64,000 nucleotides of DNA. Source: Lepidodermella squamata (lineage: Eukaryota; Animalia; Gastrotricha). Shown here in pieces: positions 11,274-24,000 of the stretch. The notes below the pieces were generated by a model. The model was not told where the DNA came from, made no database searches, and saw only the letters and a list, made by a program, of their open reading frames with translations. The first letter of the stretch is position 1, and each line of letters opens with the position of its first letter. The position numbers and the translations under genes are program-made. The DNA lies in assembly GCA_047495785.1 (NCBI GenBank), contig JBLDXI010000009.1, positions 3,844,001 through 3,908,000 on the forward strand, given 5' to 3'.

Positions 11274-12735
11274 ATGAGCTCTCACGATTCTGATTCTGAG
11301 AATGAGGAGGAGCCCACCATCGCCTCCGATGCGGTCGTGACCAAGTATAAAATGGCCGGAGACATCGTCAACGGTGAAATGATCTAGCTTTGATAATCGC
11401 GTTGTCTTAACTTGATTATGCAGGCATTCTGAAGAAAGTTGTTGAGCGATGTGTTGTCGGAGCTCATGCAAGCGAAATCTGCGAATTTGGAGACAACCTA
11501 CTTGCTGAAGAATTTGGTAAAGTTTACAAAAAGGACAAGGAAATGCTAAAAGGTAAGCATCTTATTGTAATAGATGGAGATTTAATTCCAAGAATTGTTT
11601 TTTTTTCAGGCATTGCTTTTCCAACTTGCATCTCCGTGAATAACTGCATTTGCCATTTCTCGCCCCTACGTGGCCAGACTGATTACACACTGGTTGAAGA
11701 CGATGTCGTGAAAATGTAGGTTTTACTTTGTTGACCAAATCGACTTATTATTTTCTTTTTGACAGTGAATTGGGCGGTCATATCGATGGCTTTGCTGCCC
11801 TTGTTGGCCACACCATTGTTGTTGGTGCCAGCAAAGAGCACCCCATTACTGGACGTCGCGCTGATGTCTTACTTGCGGCGCATCACTGTGCGGAGGCTGC
11901 CTTGCGCTTGATCAAGGCTGGTGGAAAGGACATTCAGGTCACCGAAGCTTGCCAGAAAATCACCTCAGCATTCAACTGCAATCCCGTCGAAGGTATTACG
12001 TCATTCCAGATTAACCAGCATGAAATCGAGGGAGAGAAGTACATCATCCTGAACCCCACCGAGGGTCAGAGGTTCGTTTTCTTCTATTGTATGAGGAATG
12101 GGATAATTCCACGATACGTTCTGTAGGAAAGATCACAGGCGTAGCGAATTTGAACAGCATGAAGTTTACGCCGTTGACTGCTTAATCACATCGGGCGAGG
12201 GCAAGTCTCGCCGCGAGGACACTCGGACCAATGTCTTCCGTCACAAAGAGGGCCTTAACTATCAGTTAAAGATGAAAGCTTCCAGACGTATGTATTTTTA
12301 ATAACGGAATTTGATCATCTATGGAGTTTGCTCTAAATAGAATTCTTTGCTGAGGTCGACAAGCGTTTTGGCAATATGGCCTTTTCTCTGCGTGCTTTTG
12401 AGGATGAAAAGAAGGCGCGCGTCGGTGTGATGGAATCAGTTAAACACGACCTGCTGTTGCCTTATGATGTCTTGTACGAAAAGGAGGGCGAATTCGTTGC
12501 CCAGTTTAAATTCACCGTCCTTTTGATGCCCAGCGGGCCTCTTCGGATTACTGGTCTCCCGGTCGACACTACCCTCTGCCAGTCCGGTTTCCAGGTCGAG
12601 GATCCCGACGTGAAGACGCTGCTGGCTCAACCTGTCAGTCTTCGCACTGTTGCGAAGAAGAACAAGAAAAAGAAGAAGAAGGAAGCTGCTGCTGGAGGTG
12701 CTGAGGTGAAGAGCGCAGCTGCTGCGGTTGTCTAA
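11274..12735 (+). CDS. PA2G4: Proliferation-associated protein 2G4 / EBP1 (6 exons)
   Basis: join(11274-11373, 11424-11552, 11610-11715, 11766-12071, 12127-12287, 12341-12735). Motifs [61 protein letters not shown] and a Lys-rich tail. Confidence 0.97.
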
Positions 12736-13125
12736 GGTGCGATAAATCGAATTGCGGAAGCTACATAACAGATGCATTTGTTAACCGTGTCAGCTTTTAC
12801 ATCAACCAGACGCTGATGATCTGTTAAGGCGCTTGACTGTAGTCTAGAGCTTGTGTAGTGTTGAGTTAAGTGATTTCTGTTGTGCTAAAACATTCGTTCA
12901 ATCCAGGTGTCATTTTTTCTCTTCTCTTTTGTGTTGCGATGATAAAAAATGGAAACTATCTGTGCTGAAATGTCTATACAAAGTCTTATTCTTGGTCGGC
13001 TTTTATTAGGTCTTACTCTGTGACGGAAAAAATGAAATTAAACTAATAATTACTGAATATTTTTGCAATTTAGGAAGTTTAATTAATGGAATGATGGCAT
13101 TTACTCAGCATAAATCTTGACCGTT

Positions 13126-16100
13126 ATGGAGTCGAATCAAAATAGCGGCGACAACCCGGTTTCAGTCTCCGCCGCCTGCCGCATGTCACCGCCGATTATT
13201 GTTGATTCGAGCTCAGCTGGGGACGTAGCAAGCCACTCCTCTTCACCAACTGTTGCCCATGTACCTCGAAAAGCAGCCGGCAACCGGCCACCCCTCGCCA
13301 CCGCCAGTCAATCTTCGTCCATGTCGTCGAAAAGTGATCAGAAATCAGGAATGAGGCGGCTTGAAAAGCAGTCGGAGGTCGAAGATGCCGATGCTTTTCT
13401 TCACGAGCAGCATAAACACGACTTGAATGCGACCAGTCCGACTTCGCTTGGCGGAAATTTCCCGGAAGTTCCGCGGACGGTCGCCTCTTTAGATGTACCA
13501 GGTCGAGCGGCGTCTTTCGACAGTAGCTCGTTAACATCGAATGGATCATTACCAACCCCGCAAAATTCGATTGAAAAACAAAACAGTTTGGAGAGACCAG
13601 CCAGGCTGGGTTATTCGGAAAACAGCTCTCCCGCTATTTCTAGGGACAGTTCGACTGAATGCAACCCGTACACGGATTACACTGGTGCAGATCTCGAAGC
13701 ATTTATCCGCGGTCACCTTAATAAATCAGCCAAGGACCGCGAAGTTCTAATGAGTATCGAACAAAAGTTGAGTGATTTTGTGAAGCAGGGAAAAACGCAG
13801 TGTTACTCATTTCCGCAAATGTCCTCATACCACCGAATGTTTGTTCACCGCGTTTCGGCCTATTTCGGCCTCGACCATAACGTGGACCAAACTGGCAAGG
13901 CGGTAATCGTCAGTTTGACCCCGAATACCCGGGTGCCGGACTTCAAATTTCGAGATTTATGTTCTGACCTGCCGCCGTCCTCGAATCAAAATTCCGAGAC
14001 GAGGAAGTTGATTTTGAAACGGGACAGCTCGGACGACCAATCGAGACAGGCGAATATGGCGATGGAAAATACACTGGCCTTTGGTACGATGATGCATGGT
14101 GGCACGCCGGCGTCGAGTGGGGCCGGCTCGCCGCGCGCTGCCTCAGTCGACGGTTCTCTTTTTCCCGGTTCGGACGCGGCCGGCTTTGCGACGCGGAGTT
14201 TCGAAGAACGCGAGGCTGATTACCAAAAAGTTCGGCGGCGTATTTTTAATGAACAAGAGCAGTACACGCAACAGAGCGCGAATACCCTCGGTTCACCGTC
14301 GTCGCACCCTCAGTACCAAAATTGGGGCTCGACTGACCAGCCGCATATTGGACCTGGCCAGCAGTCGATTTCTGGGCCGTATATCGCTAAGGCGAACAGT
14401 TTTGGCGGGACTACGGTTCATCCGAGCTCGTCCGCGCAACGGGCGATACCGATCGGACAGGGCTCGACCCCACCCAATATCGCAACCTCGCCTTCTGGCC
14501 TCGGGACTCTCGTAATACCTCAGCAGCAGCAACAACGGGTGGCTCAACCGCCTAATTCGGGGCTTTTAGGTAATTTTTCGAGCTTCGTGGAATTTTTTAG
14601 TCCAGGTTTTAGCTATTTTACCTTGTTTACTGTAGACGCGTGGATTTTGGTCATTTTTTCTCGGCTCATTAATTTTTTTCGCACTCTGCACGGTGCACTC
14701 GCCACGTATCAAGTTTAATCAAATTTACCTGGCGTGGTAGCCATGCCAATTTGCTGCTATTTTTTTAATATGAAAAAAGCCTGACAAATGGACAAGTAGC
14801 AAGAATTATCCATGAATTATATGAGAATAGGATGTAAATACGCATCCGATTTTTTTATTTCGCCGAGTTGAGCTCTTTGAAAATGTAATTGAAGCAAACA
14901 TCACCTGAAATTTATGTTTACCAGAAATCAGAAAAATCTGAGTTCTGCTGACGTAAAATGATTGGTAAACAAATATTTTTCGAATTTTTTTGGTGACGTT
15001 GGTTTAGTTTAATTTTTGTTTACTTTCAGGTGTGCCATCGGGCGCGGTGTATGTGCTGGCGCCGAGCGTTGATTGCGTTACGGCTGGCAGCGTGGTGGTG
15101 AGTCCGCAGACTGGCGAGGCGTTTCTGAAACGGGCCGACGGCTCGTTGCAACCGGTAATACTAGGCGCGTCGCTCAGCCAGTCGCCGACGAACGCCGGCT
15201 CCCCGGTGCAAGCGGCGCCGAGCAATCAGCAGCAGGCGTACCAGCAGATGGCGCCGCCGCCCCCGCCGCCTCCTCCTCAAAACTCGCAACCCATTCTCTC
15301 GCGCTTTCTCGTGACCGCCGGCGACCAGCAGTACACGATCGTCGGGCAGTCGGCGGACGCGAACCTGCACGAAGTTCTCAATCGCCTATCGATAATCTCG
15401 CCGTCTGATCTCACGCAGCAGTACCAGCCCGGCTACCTGCAGCAGGCCCCCGTGCCCCCGCCCCCGCCTGTCCAGCAGCAGCCGCAAGGACAGCCGATCA
15501 TCCTAACCCCCGTGCAGGCTGTGCAACAGCCGCCGCCGGTGCAGAGCAACGGCTCGTACGCCGCCGCGCCGGTCGCCTCTTTCCAAATCTCAACGAACGG
15601 CCAGTATATCTACCAGGTCGCACCTACAACCTCATTGCTCACTGGACCTCCGCCTTCTAACCAACCTACTCAGGTATTTATACCACATTTTCCTCATTTA
15701 CATTCAAATTTCATGCTGATAACGTGTTTTGGTATCACGACAAAGCCATAATGTGATGTTGAAAAAAATCCGCCTTAAAATGATCATCTCCATTTTGCTC
15801 GCTTTTTCAGCTCATTTCAGTTTTTAGCATTTCCGTTCGCAAACTATGGGTTTTTTTCGATTTGTTAGGGTGGAGAGACGCATTCTAGCAGTCGAAAACT
15901 TGAAAATTCAAAATCTACAGGAAAAACTTATGGTGAAAGCTAAGAATAGTTTTTCTTCAAATCGGCACACTTCGCGATTTTTGGGATAATGCGGATAATT
16001 CGCTAAACCCAATTTTCACCCGTTCACGGTCATATAATTTACTCATCCAAGCTTGACGTGTCTTTTGCGTCATTTTCTATCCAAAAATTATGGGTGTGAA

Positions 16101-17434
16101 GACTAAAATAATTTAATGGCTTCTGAGATTTTCCTGGGAAAATTCTGCATGATAAAAATGGATAAATTAACTCAATCGTTTTGATTTTCTCCCCGACTAT
16201 TTGCGTCTTTGCTAAGTCTTTAAAGCTATTTGAATCAGTGGATTCTAGCCTGTGTCTGTGTTTCTCGGTAAATTTAATTCTGTCAAGCGCAATTACGAAT
16301 CATCAGACCCACACCTGAGGAGGAGTGTGGGTGAAAAAAGTGTAACAGATCAAATTAAAGTGGACAAAAACATTTGCGGCTTGATTAATTGGATTTGACT
16401 TGATATTTTGCAGTCACCTGATGTCGGCTCGCCGCAAATGGGAAACGGTCCCGACGGAGCGTCGCCTCAGGCCACGCAGTGCTGGATCCTCGCGAACCCG
16501 CCGCCGCCTGGCAGTGGCGCGTCCGATGCGGGGCCGCGCCCTGTCATCATCCTGCCGACGTACGCTGCCTCGCCTTACCCGCCTCAACCCGGCCAGCCTC
16601 AACCCGGTGGCGCGTCCGTGGTGCAACCCGGCCAACAGGCGCCGCCTCAAAACCAAGCACAAGGTATACTATACCTAAAAAATGCGTCGAAAAATTCGAA
16701 TGAATAATTAAATGAATCCAATATTGAGCGAGAAGACATAGCTAAATAATTAATAAGAGGCTCTTATACTCAATTTGAGAGACGTAGTGGAAGAATGAAA
16801 TCTCAGCTATTGGTAGGCTGAAGAAACTCAGCCGCATGTCCATTTGCCCCAGATTCAATCGATGTTTTTCACATTTACGCCCCCTGGATCCTGTCCGAAT
16901 TGGGCGAAATGAAAAAATCGACTACTTTTTTTAGCGAGTGGTTTTTGTCATCATCTTCGAACTCAGCGTAAAGTAAACCCCCGCACGAAATTCACGTAAA
17001 TAATTAACCACACCAGGCATTGCTGAGTTCTGGAATCAGGGTGTACTCGATCTTAGCTCACTCGCTCTGGCGCTAATTGACGTGGGTAGAACTATCGATT
17101 TTACGTGTTTTTTTTCCCATTGTTTGTTTTGTCGTCTGACGCATGTTGTGTTTTTTTCCGAGCAGGTATCGATCCGAATGGTTACGCCCGCGGCCAGCAA
17201 CGCGTCTACGGCGTGTATGAACAACCTCAGCAGCAGCAACAACAACAAGCGGTGTCGCAATCGCAACAGCAGCAATCTCAGCAGTCGCAGACCATTCGCG
17301 CCTTTGCGGCTGCGAACCCACCGCCGCCGGTGCCGCCGCGCCACGGCGGCGCCCACCAGCGATCGGCCGTGAGTAACATGCCTCAGCAATTCATCACCAA
17401 CGCGAGTAACCTCAACTCGCTCGGCAACGAATGA
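13126..17434 (+). CDS. R3H-SUZ domain RNA-binding protein (ARPP21/R3HDM/encore family), 4 exons
   Basis: join(13126-14569, 15030-15673, 16414-16663, 17166-17434). R3H: FPQMSSYHRMFVHRVSAYFGLDHNVDQTGKAVI. SUZ: KLILKR...RSFEEREADYQKVRRRIF. Long P/Q-rich tail. Confidence 0.92.
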
Positions 17435-19427
17435 CACAAAATACGGGCGTCGAGGCACGCGAGTGAAATGAATAAAATAGTTTTTTGTCGGTTTAATTTC
17501 ACGTCAGGTGCTCTCCCAATATTCAAGATGGAAGCGTAAAATAATTTCAGGTGGATTTTTTTGAAAATATTAGTGCAATGAGTGTTGAAGTGTGGGAGCT
17601 CTGAAAAGTATTTTGAAGTTGGATAAAAGTCTCTCACCCTTAATACAAATGTTATTTAGCTGCGAATGATCTTCTAGTCCAAATACTATGTTATATTGAC
17701 CTTTCAAGCGCAATTTTTTCCTCTCTCTCTTTCTGTTTTACGATCATACCTCCTTCTCACTTGTCAAATTGTCCTGTAATGAAATTCTACCTACATAAAA
17801 TCGGCCATGACATTGCTGAGCTGAGAATCTGACGCAAACAAACAATTAACCAAAACAACAATTTCACCTGTCATTGTGCCACCTTAATAAATGTTGAGTT
17901 TTGAGATTAGCTTTATATAATATAGTAGAATCCTCGTTTTTATTTGAATTCAGAATGACATACAAAATTACAGACCTATTTATTCGCTCTCTCTCTAATC
18001 AATCGATCGTTTCTTTCACTTGTTGGCTATTGAACGAACACGGAAATATTACATACCACTGACCAATAGCCTTCGTTGTTCCTAGACAAATGTAAATTAT
18101 TTAAAAATTAGAATGAGCAAATAAATTAGGCGAAAATTAGCTAAAAACTTGATTTTACGTGGTATATTTTCAAAAATTCTCTTGATTTTTTTTCTCGGAA
18201 ATAACTGATTTTATCGTCACTCACTCATCGAGAGTAACTGTACATTTGATTTCTTTCCGCGTCGAACAAAACTGAAATTGTGTGCTGTGTTCTTTTTCAT
18301 TTTCATCAGCAAGTGTGTTCGAAATCATTTTTTCCCCATGTTACTCGTGACCCTTGTTGTTCTTGTCTGATGTTGCAGAAAATTATGAGCGTTTTTCTTG
18401 CTTAGATTATACAGAGATGATGGATGGATGTATACTTACTCAACGAAGTGTTCAATTCGGCTAAAACAGTGTCAGAAGAGAAAAATTATTGTTACATATG
18501 AATTGAATATATTATTCTTATCATTAATATTATGACTCGAGATGCTGATGTGCAAAGTATAAGGAGAATAAATTATGAGTTGATCACCGATGAATTTACG
18601 TGTTTTCGCGGGGATGAACCGTTATGAAAAAAGTTAAAAGAACCTGACATGAATTCGTGGAATGAAAGCAGGGCGAAAAACCTGGCGACCATTGCGATCT
18701 AATTGTTCAAAGTAGGACTGTCGGGCATTGCGAAAAATCGAAGGCGGCAAGATAAAGACCTTTGAGTGGGGTACGGTTGGATAGCCTAGGAAAAAGCTAA
18801 AGCGGATCACTGCATTTTATATTAGAAATGACAGGCGGGGTACGGCCCCTTTTCTCAGCGTGCGACTGGGCGTGCCGAAGTCGCCCTACTTTTGCATACC
18901 TATGTCATTTAGGCTAATGCGAATTGGGTTCATCACGACTGATTTATGAGATCAAAATGGAAACAGCATGCATGCGATTCTCAGTTTTAGCCCAATCAAG
19001 AAACATGATATCCAAAGGTACATCACTTGTTACCTTTTCGTCACGATTTTTGCCAGTTCCGAGCCGCATGTTTACGCGGCCCTTAAAAGACTTCAAATTC
19101 TGACCGAGATAAGACGCTTTCATCTATTCATCGCCCATCTTGTTTACCAGCAAGTTCGAGAAATTAAACATTATCTCCGAACCGCCCACCCTGCAAAATG
19201 AACTCACTGAACTCAGAAATCGCAAATGAACTGGTGGGAACATAACACTGTGGGAACAGAAACACCTGCTACATGATTCACCTCACGGAATCGCGTATAA
19301 TTTACTTTATTTTCGTAATAGGTTACTTCCGGAACCTTTCCACAGTATAATAATAACAAGGAAGAGAGAAAAATAGCAGGTACATATTCCGAAACCAGGT
19401 TTGTTTTTGAAAGATAGCGGATCCATT

Positions 19428-20720
19428 TTAATCATTGTACCAGTCGATGAAAAGCAGCGACATGGTCATGACAATGAGGAAGAAGAGCAGCCAAACGCGA
19501 ACACCGGCCCGGCTTTTCATCGCCGTTTTGATCTCCTCATTTGCGAGGCGAACGTCCTCGGAGCTGGAAACGGCTTTTGTAACGATATTTTCGATCATTT
19601 CTTCCTGACTGAGAATTTTTTCGGTCAGGGCCGATTGAAGACGGCCAATTTCTAGCACTTGACCTTCAACCTGACGAACTTCAGCAGTCATTCCGAGTAG
19701 CTCTTCGAACAGTTGCTCGTTCTCAGCAGCAAACTGAAGAAAATTTAAAAAGATTGAGATGAATTAACCCATGAATTAAAGAAGAAATTAAAAATTACCA
19801 TTTGCTCTTCAGCTGCGCTGATTGTTGGCGATTGAGGATGCTCGACTTGATACAGGTCGGTCTGGAAATTGTCTAAAATTTGAAACGCAGATGTTTGTTT
19901 TTTCAGTCACGAAATCATGACAAAGCCGCCCTGTGTGTTTGAGGAAAGCAATAAAATTCGAATAAATCTGAATTTGATTGTTAGGCGGTTTTCTGTTAAT
20001 TTGATGCAAGCTTGTGAAATTCTACACGTTTTTGTTCCTAATCGAAATAAATCGGAAGACTCACCTATCCGAACAAGTTTCGCCGAATTTTGCACAATGC
20101 GAGCGTTCTTCTTCTTCTCGACCTGATACCGCAGCCTGATAGCCTTCTGCTCACTCAGCTCGTTGCACACATTTTTGAGATAGGTTCGAAGTAGCGAAAC
20201 AACAGCTAAGCGGTGGTCGTAGAACTGGCCTGATGTTAGCGGCAACCCGGTTTGCTCGTGGCTCGGGTCGTCCTCAACAGCCCGCGATGACACGTTCATT
20301 TCAAGGAGCTGCAACAACCGATTGCACGACATGACCATCTCATCGGCTTGAGCATCCATCGCATCACGGTCTTTTTCCGTCAGAGGAGACGGGTAAGGAC
20401 TAGCAGGAAAAAATTAAAATAAATTCGAAATAAAATGAAAAAATCTACCTTAAAAAATCTAGATATTCAGGCTTCCGATCTGTAAGCATTTTTCGAAGTT
20501 TGCCAACGAAATTCACCTTGGAAAAATATTGATGAAATAAATTTGGAAATTTGAATGAAGAGTTTCTTACAATATCGTTGGCCTTATTTACAAATTCAGT
20601 TCTGCGAGGTCTGTGCGGGAAAATATCTGGTTTGTTGGCATCAGTCGAAGTCATTGTCGCCACCTCAACCGCCAGGCGCTTGCAATGGGCCCGAAATAAA
20701 TTAGTAATTTCAGCCGGCAT
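19428..20720 (-). CDS. STX18: Syntaxin-18 (ER t-SNARE), 5 exons
   Basis: join(20720-20571, 20516-20449, 20399-20065, 19872-19799, 19733-19428). N-terminal EITNLFR, SNARE motif EVRQVEGQVLEIGRLQ, C-terminal TM ending LLFIDWYND. Confidence 0.93.
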
Positions 20721-21043
20721 TCTTCTAGAAAAAACCAAAAACTTAAATTATTATCGCGCGAGAAATGTCGTAGGTAATTTATTATTCTTTTCTCTTTTAC
20801 GTTCAGTTATAGAAACAACAATTACAAAAACAGACGAAATACATGGAATGAGCAGTTAGCATACTGAAATTTCTGCAAATATCACGACCAAAAGTAGTTA
20901 TCATCAACTGAAATAAGCGCCTAATAGAAAATCAAAACCGGAGTTTCAAATGTTACATCTCATCCACATGTTACAAATCATGTATTTTTTAAGGTGGCTA
21001 AATTACGTATCAATACTAATAAGTGCGTAGGAAGAAAGAATTT

Positions 21044-24000
21044 TCAACGGGACGAAGCGCCAGTGGCACTTTGAGACGACGCGCTGCTCAGCGTTGTCTC
21101 GGACTGCGAGGCGCCTGGTGGTCGCTGGTTCGAGGCCGGGGGTCGTTGCAACGGGACACCCGTGGCGGGTCGAACTTGGGCAACGGCCGGTTTGTTAATC
21201 GGCGGGACAACAGTGCGGCCGCCGGGCGGTCGGACGATTTTCTGGTTAGCCGCAGCGGCTTGCTGCAGCATTGACGACAACAGGCCGGCTGAACCCATCC
21301 CGGCGGCGCCCATCGCTGCGTTTTGATTCAGCATGGCGTCGCGTTCGTACGGCGCGTACTGGCGAATTGCGGACATGGCGCTGTTTCGCTGTTGCGCGGC
21401 GAGGTTCAGCTGCGGCGGGACTAGGGCCTGTCTGGCGGCGTTTGCTTGAGCCAACATCGAACGCATCACTTGATCGGCCGTAAATTGACCGTTCGACGAA
21501 GCCGCAATCTAAGAATACACGATACAGGATATTTAAAGACAAAGTCATGGAATTATTTTTCCGAGTAAACTTGTAAGAATGCTACAGCGAATCCGTTTTA
21601 GCCTTCGTAAATCCTCAGTTTTTATTTATTTTTTTTTGAAAATTTTGGTTGAAACTATTACTGAGCTAGCAGAGTCTAGCACTGGGACAAACCAGAAGTG
21701 CCATGTGGCGACACAAATGTCCCCGGGGCTGTGGAAGTAGTGGAACTGCAGTGGAACTACCACCCCTAGTGCGCCAGCAATTCACTGATGACTTCCTCAA
21801 GATGATCGCCCACGACTTTCAGCCCTTCTCCATTGTTAATGATCTGGGTTTTATTTCGATGATGGATAGTGCTCTCCGCATTGCGGCTGAATACCGTGGT
21901 ATCGCTGCGAAAAATTTAATTCCCGAGGCAACAGCGCTGCATCGCCTCGCTGCTGAATGTCGCAAGGTGGTACGGAGCATGGAGCAGAAAGCTGTCTTGG
22001 GTTCCAGTTATACGTCAGATATGTGGACGGATGACAACAACAAGGTAACTTAATTTCCCATGGGGCCTTCAATTTAGAGTTACATTTAACAGGACAAGTT
22101 AATAACTATTACAGGCCACTTCGCGACAGTAGAGGCTTGAACTAAATCCAGCTCAGTTTCAATCACTTTCCAGAATCTGCGACTATAGCCGCTGTTAGCG
22201 AGTACATCCAGGCAAAGGTGCCGGCCAATGCTCTGGGTATAAGCGATGTGGTTTACTACCGTGTTCTTTGATCGCTAAGGTGTATAGAAAAGGTCCATTT
22301 ATTTATATCGCCCATCAGGTTGAACCATTGCTGTAACCGACAAAGGTTCCAATTTCGCGCTTGGCTCAGATTCCGATATTGCGCAGGTTTTCTGTGGCCC
22401 TTATGGTGTGCACCTTACTATCAAATGGATGATCAAGGAGGGCGGCCCCATTGTAACTGAACGGGTATGGAATCGAGATGCGAAAAATGTCGTGAAATTG
22501 TTACCCCATGATTAATTCAATTTATTTTTATTACGTCAGGTAATTGCCATTGTTAGGCAGTCAGATGTCGCGCACCAGCTGGAATACAAGGTCAAACGCT
22601 CTGTGAAACCCGCTGGTCGTATCTGTATGACTCTCTGCGCTCGATCTACGATAACTACGACCGATTAGTGACTATTCTTCACGCGAAGGAACAACGTGAC
22701 TTGATGGATGTGCATCGCAGCCTGAGGAAAACGGATATCGAAAAACTGATGGCATTCCTATTGCCACTTATCGAGTATGCTGTCATGTAAATTGGAGACA
22801 AATCGTTCTGGTATAAAACAGGATTACCTTGGAGAAGTGGATGTTCCCACGTTTCACCGCGTGTTGGTCACTAAAAAATTCCTGCAAATTCATCTGTCGC
22901 GGCCGGCAGTAGACGAAATCCAAGCTGTGCGAGACATGCTTAAGGTGCGCAAACGTAAAATTAGTTCATTTCTTCATTTCTTGGCTAAACTCTGCAGCAG
23001 GAGCTGGACAAGTATCTGGCCATGACGGCTCCTCTAAAAATCGATGATCTGCTCAACTGGTGGTGGGAGAAGCGCTATACTTGGCCCACACTGGCGTATG
23101 TCGCTGTTCTGTTGCTACAAACTCCGGCTTCTTCATTGCGCGTATTATAGGCTGGTCTTGGTCCTTCTGCTCATCGCTTAAATATTGCCGGCTAAATGCG
23201 TTTTCCAACAGATGACCCAGAAAACACGAAGCTAGACTATTCCTTAAAACAACGGCAAGAGAATGCTCTCCAATTGGACCCCATATTGTATCCTACTATG
23301 TTTTTTCTCCGAACTCGTTTTGAGTGCTTTTCGAAGTCTAGTATCTTTGAAAGTTCTAAATCTTTACAGTTCAAAGGAAAAGTCTTTTTAATAAATTATT
23401 TGTAGTTTTTGGTCAATCTTGCAACATTACTTTTATGCGAAAATCGCTCTCGCCTTAAAAAGATTTGGCTTTCAGAATATCGCTTTCAGAATACCCAGAA
23501 ATGTCTGAAAATGTATCGGCTGGATATCATCACCCAGCTTGCAATCGTGGATTTTGACCACTCCAAGTCCCAGCTCAATTTGATGACTAACATGCTGATC
23601 GAATCGAGTAGGACAATTTCATATAAGTTCAATTGGACCCATACTGATTTATCTGGAATTTCAATAACCAATCCCGAAATCCCGTCATAATGGCGGCGCT
23701 GGATTATGACCGTGCTGGCCGGATTCTGATTCGTGAATCATTTGAGCATATTTGGTGTTTGCCCCGCAATCCATCGAATAGGTTCGATTCAAAGAGGGCG
23801 CCCACTATTTTTAGGAAATTATTTGGAAACTTGGTTATGCCGCTTTTGCACGCCGGGTTCCGACTTCAGATTTTTCGAATGCTGACATGGATGGTGGCGA
23901 TTTGAAAACGTTGGCGGATATATCTGCAATCATGCTTCAGCATGGTTTCATCGACAAACTTTGGCAGCGAAGAGCGATTTTTATTGACATTTTGCTCGAG

